The notes under the pieces are model-generated. The model was given only the letters and a program-made list of their open reading frames with translations, was not told where the DNA came from and did not search any database. The position numbers and the translations under genes were made by a program. A stretch of 28,620 nt of DNA from Hydrurus foetidus. Lineage: Eukaryota. This document shows positions 12,501 through 23,308 of the stretch, one piece after another. How positions within the stretch are numbered: position 1 is the stretch's first letter; each line of letters opens with the position of its first letter. The stretch is taken from assembly GCA_900617105.1 (NCBI GenBank), contig UYFQ01000268.1, positions 62,001 through 90,620 of the forward strand, written 5' to 3'.

Positions 12501-15500
12501 CACACTCTCTAGCATACTCATCACGTAGAGTGCGATGACTGTGATCACTGTAGGCAGTCAGTGCGTTGCACTCACACTCTCTAGCATACTCATCACGTAG
12601 AGTGCGATGACTGTGATCACTGTAGGCAGTCAGTGCGTTGCACTCACACTCTCTAGCATACTCATCACGTAGAGTGCGATGACTGTGATCACTGTAGGCA
12701 GTCAGTGCGTTGCACTCACACTCTCTAGCATACTCATCACGTAGAGTGCGATGACTGTGATCACTGTAGGCAGTCAGTGCGTTGCACTCACACTCTCTAG
12801 CATACTCATCACGTAGAGTGCGATGACTGTGATCACTGTAGGCAGTCAGTGCGTTGCACTCACACTCTCTAGCATACTCATCACGTAGAGTGCGATGACT
12901 GTGATCACTGTAGGCAGTCAGTGCGTTGCACTCACACTCTCTAGCATACTCATCACGTAGAGTGCGATGACTGTGATCACTGTAGGCAGTCAGTGCGTTG
13001 CACTCACACTCTCTAGCATACTCATCACGTAGAGTGCGATGACTGTGATCACTGTAGGCAGTCAGTGCGTTGCACTCACACTCTCTAGCATACTCATCAC
13101 GTAGAGTGCGATGACTGTGATCACTGTAGGCAGTCAGTGCGTTGCACTCACACTCTCTAGCATACTCATCACGTAGAGTGCGATGACTGTGATCACTGTA
13201 GGCAGTCAGTGCGTTGCACTCACACTCTCTAGCATACTCATCACGTAGAGTGCGATGACTGTGATCACTGTAGGCAGTCAGTGCGTTGCACTCACACTCT
13301 CTAGCATACTCATCACGTAGAGTGCGATGACTGTGATCACTGTAGGCAGTCAGTGCGTTGCACTCACACTCTCTAGCATACTCATCACGTAGAGTGCGAT
13401 GACTGTGATCACTGTAGGCAGTCAGTGCGTTGCACTCACACTCTCTAGCATACTCATCACGTAGAGTGCGATGACTGTGATCACTGTAGGCAGTCAGTGC
13501 GTTGCACTCACACTCTCTAGCATACTCATCACGTAGAGTGCGATGACTGTGATCACTGTAGGCAGTCAGTGCGTTGCACTCACACTCTCTAGCATACTCA
13601 TCACGTAGAGTGCGATGACTGTGATCACTGTAGGCAGTCAGTGCGTTGCACTCACACTCTCTAGCATACTCATCACGTAGAGTGCGATGACTGTGATCAC
13701 TGTAGGCAGTCAGTGCGTTGCACTCACACTCTCTAGCATACTCATCACGTAGAGTGCGATGACTGTGATCACTGTAGGCAGTCAGTGCGTTGCACTCACA
13801 CTCTCTAGCATACTCATCACGTAGAGTGCGATGACTGTGATCACTGTAGGCAGTCAGTGCGTTGCACTCACACTCTCTAGCATACTCATCACGTAGAGTG
13901 CGATGACTGTGATCACTGTAGGCAGTCAGTGCGTTGCACTCACACTCTCTAGCATACTCATCACGTAGAGTGCGATGACTGTGATCACTGTAGGCAGTCA
14001 GTGCGTTGCACTCACACTCTCTAGCATACTCATCACGTAGAGTGCGATGACTGTGATCACTGTAGGCAGTCAGTGCGTTGCACTCACACTCTCTAGCATA
14101 CTCATCACGTAGAGTGCGATGACTGTGATCACTGTAGGCAGTCAGTGCGTTGCACTCACACTCTCTAGCATACTCATCACGTAGAGTGCGATGACTGTGA
14201 TCACTGTAGGCAGTCAGTGCGTTGCACTCACACTCTCTAGCATACTCATCACGTAGAGTGCGATGACTGTGATCACTGTAGGCAGTCAGTGCGTTGCACT
14301 CACACTCTCTAGCATACTCATCACGTAGAGTGCGATGACTGTGATCACTGTAGGCAGTCAGTGCGTTGCACTCACACTCTCTAGCATACTCATCACGTAG
14401 AGTGCGATGACTGTGATCACTGTAGGCAGTCAGTGCGTTGCACTCACACTCTCTAGCATACTCATCACGTAGAGTGCGATGACTGTGATCACTGTAGGCA
14501 GTCAGTGCGTTGCACTCACACTCTCTAGCATACTCATCACGTAGAGTGCGATGACTGTGATCACTGTAGGCAGTCAGTGCGTTGCACTCACACTCTCTAG
14601 CATACTCATCACGTAGAGTGCGATGACTGTGATCACTGTAGGCAGTCAGTGCGTTGCACTCACACTCTCTAGCATACTCATCACGTAGAGTGCGATGACT
14701 GTGATCACTGTAGGCAGTCAGTGCGTTGCACTCACACTCTCTAGCATACTCATCACGTAGAGTGCGATGACTGTGATCACTGTAGGCAGTCAGTGCGTTG
14801 CACTCACACTCTCTAGCATACTCATCACGTAGAGTGCGATGACTGTGATCACTGTAGGCAGTCAGTGCGTTGCACTCACACTCTCTAGCATACTCATCAC
14901 GTAGAGTGCGATGACTGTGATCACTGTAGGCAGTCAGTGCGTTGCACTCACACTCTCTAGCATACTCATCACGTAGAGTGCGATGACTGTGATCACTGTA
15001 GGCAGTCAGTGCGTTGCACTCACACTCTCTAGCATACTCATCACGTAGAGTGCGATGACTGTGATCACTGTAGGCAGTCAGTGCGTTGCACTCACACTCT
15101 CTAGCATACTCATCACGTAGAGTGCGATGACTGTGATCACTGTAGGCAGTCAGTGCGTTGCACTCACACTCTCTAGCATACTCATCACGTAGAGTGCGAT
15201 GACTGTGATCACTGTAGGCAGTCAGTGCGTTGCACTCACACTCTCTAGCATACTCATCACGTAGAGTGCGATGACTGTGATCACTGTAGGCAGTCAGTGC
15301 GTTGCACTCACACTCTCTAGCATACTCATCACGTAGAGTGCGATGACTGTGATCACTGTAGGCAGTCAGTGCGTTGCACTCACACTCTCTAGCATACTCA
15401 TCACGTAGAGTGCGATGACTGTGATCACTGTAGGCAGTCAGTGCGTTGCACTCACACTCTCTAGCATACTCATCACGTAGAGTGCGATGACTGTGATCAC

Positions 15501-17526
15501 TGTAGGCAGTCAGTGCGTTGCACTCACACTCTCTAGCATACTCATCACGTAGAGTGCGATGACTGTGATCACTGTAGGCAGTCAGTGCGTTGCACTCACA
15601 CTCTCTAGCATACTCATCACGTAGAGTGCGATGACTGTGATCACTGTAGGCAGTCAGTGCGTTGCACTCACACTCTCTAGCATACTCATCACGTAGAGTG
15701 CGATGACTGTGATCACTGTAGGCAGTCAGTGCGTTGCACTCACACTCTCTAGCATACTCATCACGTAGAGTGCGATGACTGTGATCACTGTAGGCAGTCA
15801 GTGCGTTGCACTCACACTCTCTAGCATACTCATCACGTAGAGTGCGATGACTGTGATCACTGTAGGCAGTCAGTGCGTTGCACTCACACTCTCTAGCATA
15901 CTCATCACGTAGAGTGCGATGACTGTGATCACTGTAGGCAGTCAGTGCGTTGCACTCACACTCTCTAGCATACTCATCACGTAGAGTGCGATGACTGTGA
16001 TCACTGTAGGCAGTCAGTGCGTTGCACTCACACTCTCTAGCATACTCATCACGTAGAGTGCGATGACTGTGATCACTGTAGGCAGTCAGTGCGTTGCACT
16101 CACACTCTCTAGCATACTCATCACGTAGAGTGCGATGACTGTGATCACTGTAGGCAGTCAGTGCGTTGCACTCACACTCTCTAGCATACTCATCACGTAG
16201 AGTGCGATGACTGTGATCACTGTAGGCAGTCAGTGCGTTGCACTCACACTCTGCATACTCATCACGTAGAGTCGATGACTGTGATCACTGTAGGCAGTCA
16301 GTGCGTTGCACTCACACTCTCTAGCATACTCATCACGTAGAGTCGATGACTGTGATCACTGTAGGCAGTCAGTGCGTTGCACTCACACTCTCTAGCATAC
16401 TCATCACGTAGTGCGATGACTGTGATCACTGTAGGCAGTCAGTGCGTTGCACTCACACTCTCTAGCATACTCATCACGTAGAGTGCGATGACTGTGATCA
16501 CTGTAGGCAGTCAGTGCGTTGCACTCACACTCTCTAGCATACTCATCACGTAGAGTGCGATGACTGTGATCACTGTAGGCAGTCAGTGCGTTGCACTCAC
16601 ACTCTCTAGCATACTCATCACGTAGACGATGACTGTGATCACTGTAGGCAGTCAGTGCGTTGCACTCACACTCTCTAGCATACTCATCACGAAGTGCGAT
16701 GACTGTGATCACTGTAGGCAGTCAGTGCGTTGCACTCACACTCTCTAGCATACTCATCACGTAGAGTGCGATGACTGTGATCACTGTAGGCAGTCAGTGC
16801 GTTGCACTCACACTCTCTAGCATACTCATCACGTAGAGTGCGATGACTGTGATCACTGTAGGCAGTCAGTGCGTTGCACTCACACTCTCTAGCATACTCA
16901 TCACGTAGAGTGCGATGACTGTGATCACTGTAGGCAGTCAGTGCGTTGCACTCACACTCTCTAGCATACTCATCACGTAGAGTGCGATGACTGTGATCAC
17001 TGTAGGCAGTCAGTGCGTTGCACTCACACTCTCTAGCATACTCATCACGTAGAGTGCGATGACTGTGATCACTGTAGGCAGTCAGTGCGTTGCACTCACA
17101 CTCTCTAGCATACTCATCACGTAGAGTGCGATGACTGTGATCACTGTAGGCAGTCAGTGCGTTGCACTCACACTCTCTAGCATACTCATCACGTAGAGTG
17201 CGATGACTGTGATCACTGTAGGCAGTCAGTGCGTTGCACTCACACTCTCTAGCATACTCATCACGTAGAGTGCGATGACTGTGATCACTGTAGGCAGTCA
17301 GTGCGTTGCACTCACACTCTCTAGCATACTCATCACGTAGAGCGCGATGACTGTGATCACTGTAGGCAGTCAGTGCGTTGCACTCACACTCTCTAGCATA
17401 CTCATCACGTAGAGTGTGACTGTGATCACTGTAGGCAGTCAGTGCGTTGCACTCACACTCTCTAGCATACGTCACGTAGATGCGATGACTGTGATCACTG
17501 TAGGCAGTCAGTGCGTTGCACTCACT
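3525..17526. repeat. 72-bp tandem array, ~195 copies (~14 kb)
   Basis: Unit GTAGAGTGCGATGACTGTGATCACTGTAGGCAGTCAGTGCGTTGCACTCACACTCTCTAGCATACTCATCAC. No variants seen in 3525-16252 (176+ units). Small 1-3 nt deletions occur in several units from 16253 onward. Confidence 0.99.
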
Positions 17527-18322
17527 CGCTGCATGGTTGGAACGTAGAGTGTTGATGGAATACTTAGCAAAAAGCGTTTTTTGTCTTAAATATACACGTA
17601 GAGTGCGATGACTGTGATCACTACGGGGGCGTCCTAAAAATAAATTCTTGCGTGTTCATCATAAGTTTGGTTACGTCATCATGTATTTAATTTTGGTTCT
17701 AACCCTCCATCACAAAGCATTTCACACTGTAGGTAATTTAGGGCGTTGCATTTTTTTTATTGTTATACTCATAATATGCTATATACTGTTATCATTCTAA
17801 CAGTAAATGTATTTTGCAACAACTCTCTAGCATTTTCTTTATACCGTTTTTTTATTTCAGTTATTGATTCATCATCACTACTTATATCATCAAGTAGATT
17901 TGCTTTTTGATCACTGTAGGCATACTTACTCACACTTTAAAATACTCATCCAGTTCCATTTTCTGTGATCACTGCTTCAGTTTCTCACGACTCTCTAGCT
18001 CTCATCACGTGTCTTGCTGTGATCTGTAACTCAATTACTTTGCAAACGCCTCTATCTGCTTATCAGTTTCTGTCGTTTGCTTTTTTGTATTGTCTGCGGT
18101 TGCTCCTCTTCATCATCACCTCGCTGGAATATCGGCAACAACGGGCACTGCATAATGACTTTTATCAGTCTTCAGTCACACTCTTCTAGCATACTCATCA
18201 CGTAGAGGCGATGACTAAATCACTGTAGGCATTCAGTGGTTGCACTCATATAGCATACTATCACGTAGAGAGAAAACTGTGATCACTAAAGGCAGTCAGT
18301 ATGTTGCACTCACACTCTCTAG
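17527..18322. other. Mosaic of 72-bp repeat fragments and AT-rich unique sequence (likely chimeric consensus/misjoin, or decayed array edge)
   Basis: Exact islands of the repeat (e.g. cacgtagagtgcgatgactgtgatcact at ~17595, tgatcactgtaggca at ~17908, ctagcatactcatcacgtagag at ~18186) alternate with AT-rich stretches that have no periodicity. Confidence 0.6.
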
Positions 18323-18903
18323 AATCAAATGGAATTTATAACGTAGCACACGATGAACTGTTTCTAAAAGGAAAAAACGGATTATATTGTCTATTACCGT
18401 ATGAGAGATTAGATTCTCACAAAAAAGCAGTATTTAAGGTCGGTATGACATCGCAAGATTTAGCAAGTCGTATTGAAAATTATCATACATACTTTCCTTT
18501 AGGTCTATATGTGGTAATGTTCTTAGCATATCCAAGAATTAAACAAGGGCAAGATAGAAATAAACTTTACAGAGATATGGAAAAAAAACTCATCGCTAAT
18601 CTAAAACTTACAGACGCTAAAATGCTAATATTTCCGTCCCGTCCATCAAAACGTAGTGAATGGTTCTATACTAATTACGATGACTTACAAACAGCATTTA
18701 GACAAGTTCAAGCGGAATATGGCGGGGTTTTACACGAATTCTCACTCGATAAAATAAACAAACAATATGATACTATAATGAAAAATAAAAAAAAATATGT
18801 CGGCGAAATCGTATTTAAGGTGATGATTTTGAAAATTTTTTCAAAATTTTTTTTCAAATTTTCTTTTTCATTTTTTTCATTTTTTTTCATTTTTTTTATT
18901 TAG
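18301..18903 (+). CDS. T5orf172/MUG113-like (GIY-YIG superfamily) protein; termini uncertain
   Basis: Motifs GLYCL...VFKVGMTSQDLASRI..Y.T..P...MEKKL...SEWF are typical of T5orf172 domains. The first ~7 codons derive from a 72-bp repeat copy. The F-rich tail is poly-T sequence and may be read-through. Confidence 0.75.
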   Translation: MLHSHSLESNGIYNVAHDELFLKGKNGLYCLLPYERLDSHKKAVFKVGMTSQDLASRIENYHTYFPLGLYVVMFLAYPRIKQGQDRNKLYRDMEKKLIANLKLTDAKMLIFPSRPSKRSEWFYTNYDDLQTAFRQVQAEYGGVLHEFSLDKINKQYDTIMKNKKKYVGEIVFKVMILKIFSKFFFKFSFSFFSFFFIFFI

Positions 18904-18953
18904 GAAAAGTTAAAATAATATAAAGAAAAAATAATATACTATATAGTATATAA
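18899..18953 (+). promoter_or_regulatory. Putative element promoter motif (TTTAGG...ATATAAAGAAA...TATATA)
   Basis: TTTAGG 18899-18904, ATATAAAGAAA 18918-18928, ATG 18954. The same layout precedes three other genes. Confidence 0.6.
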
Positions 18954-19211
18954 ATGGAAAATAAAAGTGAAGTAGAATTGAAACAACAACTGACTGAACT
19001 CAAAGCAAGTATGGTAGGAAAAACCAAGAACACTAAAGAATATGCTTTACAATATTATCACTCTCACAATGTCCCTTTAAAATGTGAATGTGGTAAAATG
19101 TCCACTACATTTAGCATATATAAACATCGTATGAGTCGAAAACATCTTCAACTTATGGAAATACAAAAACTTGAACTGAGAATAGCCGAACTCCAAAATC
19201 TTGGAAAATGA
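18954..19211 (+). CDS. Small C2H2-type zinc-finger protein
   Basis: KCECGKMSTTFSIYKHRMSRKH (CxC...HxxxxxH), a pattern common in PLV/NCLDV small proteins; preceded by the shared motif. Confidence 0.8.
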   Translation: MENKSEVELKQQLTELKASMVGKTKNTKEYALQYYHSHNVPLKCECGKMSTTFSIYKHRMSRKHLQLMEIQKLELRIAELQNLGK

Positions 19212-19224
19212 TTTTGTATATTAC

Positions 19225-19303
19225 TTTAGGAAAAATAAACTAATAAAAAAAAGGATATAGAAAAAATTTATTATATTATTATATATATATATATTATAAT
19301 ACG
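19225..19303 (+). promoter_or_regulatory. Putative element promoter motif (variant)
   Basis: TTTAGGAAAA at 19225, ATATAGAAAAA at ~19255, and a (TA)n tract before the ATG at 19304. Confidence 0.5.
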
Positions 19304-22300
19304 ATGGAACGAAAACAGCAATCTCTCAAATTCCCACTAACCGCATCAAAACAGCAAAAACTACGGGTATTTTACAAAAATGAAAATGAACTGAGAAAGA
19401 ACGCAAGTGAAGAACAGGTATTCAACAGTTTAGGAATCCAAAACCGCAATACTGCTTATAGGGTTATGATGGAAATGTATAATATTAAAATTGAAGAAAA
19501 AAACGCCATCATAGAAGCAAACAGAAAAGTAGAGAGAAAAGAAAAAAGAATAGCAAAGAAAAACTCTATATTAGATAATAAAGAATTTACCTTCATAATT
19601 CATTACGTATTAGAGACAACTTACAAGCAAGATTATTATGATACAGGAGTAAAGAAAAAGTTCTCTCGTGGCGATACTGTCATTACAAACGAAACGTCCA
19701 GTCCAGAAACAGCACCCAAAAAAATGATTCCCGAAATTATAGATTTGATGAACTTTGAAGACAACTACAAAATTATTGTTTTGTTAAGTTCCAAGGTTGA
19801 GTTCCAGAATACTGAGAAACTCAATAAAAACAGAAAAATTAAAACTAAACAACCGATGCGTAGAAGTTATATTTTACGAAACGACTGGTTGAAATACTCC
19901 AGTGGTATAGCAAATAGTGCTTACGAAGAAACAGAAGAAAAATGCGTTTATAATCAATTGACACAATACCTTTTAGAACCGCCATCTGGTAATCCATCTA
20001 AATTCGTCAATAAGAGAAGAATGAGCGAAGAATCTCTATTTTTGTTTTTTAAAGAGATGATACACGAGCATAATTTAACAACAGATTACCCAGATTTTAC
20101 TATAGATTCTGGTGTTTCCGCCGAACTAATTAAGTATTTATGTGAAAACCTAAAAAGAAATATGTATGCGTTCGATGAAACACAACAAACATTCGATACA
20201 CTAACAACACATACAAGTAAAAACTATAGTCCCATTGTTTATTATAAATTACACGGACATTGCTATTTAATTGACGACCCATCAATGATTAAAAGTGTTG
20301 CGACCATAAACTCACTGAAAGGTAATAAGATTCTTACATCATCAATAAGCAATGTTAAAGAAGAAATAAACTACGAAGTATTCCATCTCGATAAATACGA
20401 TGTCTCACAATCTAAAGAAATGAAGGAAGGAATATACCTTTTAAATCAATCAAACTTAGATGCTGAAATAATTGACTTTATCAAGATATTCAAAAGTATT
20501 CCAAGAACAAAAACAAATAAAAGTAATATTGTTGAAATCAAATTCGAAGAAGGGTTCGTGTCTAAAAAAGAGGGGGAAAAGTTTGTGATTATCTGTATAG
20601 ATGCGACATTTGCTGATAATTTTAATTACGAACAAGTGAAAAATGTTGCTGAAAGTAATAATATAAAATACATTAACGATGGTATTGGTTCTCTTATATT
20701 GTCACTAAGAAAAAGTGGTGGAAAATCGTGTAGAGAATACCTAACGAACTGTGAAAGAAGTTCACTGATTAAGTCATTTGGTGATAGATGTAATGTCTGT
20801 AAATTGAAGTGTGATTCTTATGAAATAGACCATATTAAACCCCTTGCTGGTGGTGGTGATAATAGTATTAGTAATTTACAACCTTTATGCCCCAAATGTC
20901 ATAATGAAAAGACAACTGATGAAAAGACAAATGGTGCATACAATGTAAAAGACGTTGAAAGTAGCGTATTTAATAAGGTTGTTTTAGATAATATTGTGAA
21001 GAAAAATGAATGGAGAACTTGGAGTTTTGTTGAGACAGTGCCTATTGAACTAAATTCTAATGCTGATGATTTAGAAAAATACAAATATGATATGAGAAAA
21101 TGTAGAAAAAATATCACTTATTATTCCAAATTCGAATTTCCAGTATATTCTGTTATGGATATACCAAGAAAGTTTTCTGGAAGTATTCAATGTGGTTTAT
21201 ACTATGTCAATACGACAAACATTTACCCTTTTCGTGGTTGTGGTTGGTACTCCCAACCGATTGTTGAATATGGTTTATCATTAAATCTTATTAAAACAGT
21301 TGATATTCTAATGGAATTTTTACCATCATCTAAATTACCAGCATCTCATTTCCAGAAATCCATTGATATGTTGATGAAAGCATTCGAAGTAGAACCTAAT
21401 TTACAGAAATTAAGCATCAATTCTCTTATTGGATTATTCGGTAAAACAAAACGTAGTTCGTCATCATCAAAATTCACATTATGCCCTTATGAAGCATCAC
21501 AATGGTGGGGTGATAAAGATATAAAAAGTGAGGTATTCATAAAAAATGTTAAATTAGATGATGATGAGATTTTATACAATGGTATTTTTACCGAACAGGT
21601 AGATGTTGAAGAAATGAAATATTGCTTATACAAGCAGATTTTAGAGATGGAGGCGTTAGAATTACATAAAATGGAAACAATCATAACAAGTACAGGCGGT
21701 ATTATTCTGGATAGAAACACTGATGCTATACGATACGCAAAAAGTGAAGAAATTGAAATTGTTGAATATTGGGACGATGAAAAAACGGTATTGAAATACC
21801 AAAAAGAATTAGCGAAACCGCTGACTTGCCAAATGTTGCCCCGTTTATGTAGAGGACACGAAATAGATTTAAACGTCTTTAATTTACTATGGAATACACG
21901 TGAAGATTATGAATGTGCTGAAGAAGAAGCAAGTCATATCATTGATACTGATAGAAGCATTCATATCGATGGAAGAGCAGGAACTGGTAAAACATATTTG
22001 GTTAATAAAGTTATAGATGAATTGAAGTCAAGAGGAAAAAAACATATGTCTTTTAGTCCTACTAACAAGGGGGCGAGGTTGATAGGAGGTAATACAATTC
22101 ACTCAATCTATTATAAGTTCAAGAGTTGTAAAAAATCACTATTTGCTACAATAGAAAAAATTGATTATATATTTATTGATGAAGTGAGTATGATGGTTAA
22201 AGATTTTTACCAGTTATTTATTCTTATAAAACGTTCTTTTCCAAAAATCAATTTTATTATTGCTGGTGATTTCGGCCAATTACCGCCAGTTAATGACGAC

Positions 22301-22918
22301 TGGACTGGTGACTATGAAAATTCCGCAGCTATGAACTGTCTATGTGATGGTAACAGAATCAAACTGACGAAATGTAGAAGAGCAGATAGAGAACTTTTCG
22401 AGTTATGTAAAAATGTTGAAACTGTAGATACAACAAGATTTACAACAAAAGAAGAAACTTACTTAAATTTAGCATACACACACGATACAAGAATTAGAAT
22501 TAATAACAAGTGTATGAATAGATTTATCAAGCAAGAAAAATCAACTGGAATTTTTATTGGAAAAGACGCAAAAAATCCTAAAACACAAGACATCACACTA
22601 TGTAAAGGAATGCCTATCATAGCACACACAACAAACAAGAAATTGAATATATTGAATTCTCAAAAGTTTGTGATTACTGATGTCTCACAAGAATACTTTA
22701 TGATTCTAATTGACGATGTCTCAACAAAAATTAACATATACAAATTTAATCAGTTCTTTTATCTTGGGTTTTGTATTACCATTCACTCATCACAAGGAGA
22801 AACATTTTCTGGGAAATACACTATACACGACTGGAATTTTAATAGATTCTGTAAGAAAGCAAAATATGTAGCATTATCACGGGGAACGAATATCAACAAC
22901 ATACAAATAGTAGCATAA
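19304..22918 (+). CDS. Multidomain replication protein: N-terminal (terminal-protein-like) region, vOTU-like protease, HNH endonuclease, exonuclease-less protein-primed PolB palm, SF1B (Pif1/RecD-like) helicase
   Basis: vOTU-like EEKCVY...LHGHCY. HNH: CNVC...EIDHIKPLAGGGDNSISNLQPLCPKCHNEKT. PolB-like motifs A YDMRKC, B KLSINSLIGLFGK, C RNTDAI. Helicase motifs GRAGTGKT, FIDEVSM, GDFGQLPPV, TIHSSQGET, YVALSR. HNH and helicase calls are firm; vOTU and TP calls are inferred from the known architecture. Confidence 0.9.
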   Translation: MERKQQSLKFPLTASKQQKLRVFYKNENELRKNASEEQVFNSLGIQNRNTAYRVMMEMYNIKIEEKNAIIEANRKVERKEKRIAKKNSILDNKEFTFIIHYVLETTYKQDYYDTGVKKKFSRGDTVITNETSSPETAPKKMIPEIIDLMNFEDNYKIIVLLSSKVEFQNTEKLNKNRKIKTKQPMRRSYILRNDWLKYSSGIANSAYEETEEKCVYNQLTQYLLEPPSGNPSKFVNKRRMSEESLFLFFKEMIHEHNLTTDYPDFTIDSGVSAELIKYLCENLKRNMYAFDETQQTFDTLTTHTSKNYSPIVYYKLHGHCYLIDDPSMIKSVATINSLKGNKILTSSISNVKEEINYEVFHLDKYDVSQSKEMKEGIYLLNQSNLDAEIIDFIKIFKSIPRTKTNKSNIVEIKFEEGFVSKKEGEKFVIICIDATFADNFNYEQVKNVAESNNIKYINDGIGSLILSLRKSGGKSCREYLTNCERSSLIKSFGDRCNVCKLKCDSYEIDHIKPLAGGGDNSISNLQPLCPKCHNEKTTDEKTNGAYNVKDVESSVFNKVVLDNIVKKNEWRTWSFVETVPIELNSNADDLEKYKYDMRKCRKNITYYSKFEFPVYSVMDIPRKFSGSIQCGLYYVNTTNIYPFRGCGWYSQPIVEYGLSLNLIKTVDILMEFLPSSKLPASHFQKSIDMLMKAFEVEPNLQKLSINSLIGLFGKTKRSSSSSKFTLCPYEASQWWGDKDIKSEVFIKNVKLDDDEILYNGIFTEQVDVEEMKYCLYKQILEMEALELHKMETIITSTGGIILDRNTDAIRYAKSEEIEIVEYWDDEKTVLKYQKELAKPLTCQMLPRLCRGHEIDLNVFNLLWNTREDYECAEEEASHIIDTDRSIHIDGRAGTGKTYLVNKVIDELKSRGKKHMSFSPTNKGARLIGGNTIHSIYYKFKSCKKSLFATIEKIDYIFIDEVSMMVKDFYQLFILIKRSFPKINFIIAGDFGQLPPVNDDWTGDYENSAAMNCLCDGNRIKLTKCRRADRELFELCKNVETVDTTRFTTKEETYLNLAYTHDTRIRINNKCMNRFIKQEKSTGIFIGKDAKNPKTQDITLCKGMPIIAHTTNKKLNILNSQKFVITDVSQEYFMILIDDVSTKINIYKFNQFFYLGFCITIHSSQGETFSGKYTIHDWNFNRFCKKAKYVALSRGTNINNIQIVA

Positions 22919-22954
22919 AACATACCCGACTTTTTGGCGGGAGGGGGTATGTTT
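22918..22954 (+). terminator. Stem-loop directly after the stop codon of the pol-helicase gene
   Basis: AAACATACCC (22918-22927) and GGGTATGTTT (22945-22954) form a 10-bp perfect stem with a 17-nt loop. Confidence 0.55.
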
Positions 22955-22955
22955 A

Positions 22956-23012
22956 TTTAGGGGAAAACCATATAAAGAAAATTAATATGTATAAGTAATA
23001 TATATTAATACA
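22956..23012 (+). promoter_or_regulatory. Putative element promoter motif
   Basis: TTTAGG 22956-22961, ATATAAAGAAA 22970-22980, ATG 23013. Confidence 0.6.
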
Positions 23013-23267
23013 ATGGATACATCAATTGAGACATTAATGAGACAATATGGCGAAACAACAAGGGATATTAAAATAATCGAGTCCGCTATTGAAATGTATA
23101 AAAAAGAGATTGATTTTTTAACCCGAAAAATAAGACCAAATAAATGGTTAAATAAAGTTGATGTAGATGATGAAATGTTTCAATTGTATATAAAAAAAAT
23201 GGAAATAATAAAAAAATATGATGATTCTATGGAAGATCATATAAAGCGACACAGAGTATACAACTAA
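23013..23267 (+). CDS. Hypothetical protein (84 aa, helical/coiled-coil-like)
   Basis: ATG-TAA ORF, co-oriented with the cluster and preceded by the shared motif; no domain recognised. Confidence 0.7.
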   Translation: MDTSIETLMRQYGETTRDIKIIESAIEMYKKEIDFLTRKIRPNKWLNKVDVDDEMFQLYIKKMEIIKKYDDSMEDHIKRHRVYN

Positions 23268-23308
23268 ATATTATAAAGGGCAAAGAGTATAGAATGTAAC
23301 TTTAAATA

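Noticed and set aside
16404..17475. 102-aa and 262-aa ORFs as discrete genes
   Set aside because: They are translations of the tandem repeat; their starts and stops are created by small indels.
3525..17526. CRISPR or TIGR-like guide array next to an HNH protein
   Set aside because: Units are identical with no variable spacers, and no cas or Nop-domain gene is recognisable.
19304..22918. Helitron RepHel or Cas9/IscB-like protein
   Set aside because: No HUH Rep or split RuvC motifs seen; PolB-like motifs and the AG terminus point to the PLV/transpoviron lineage.
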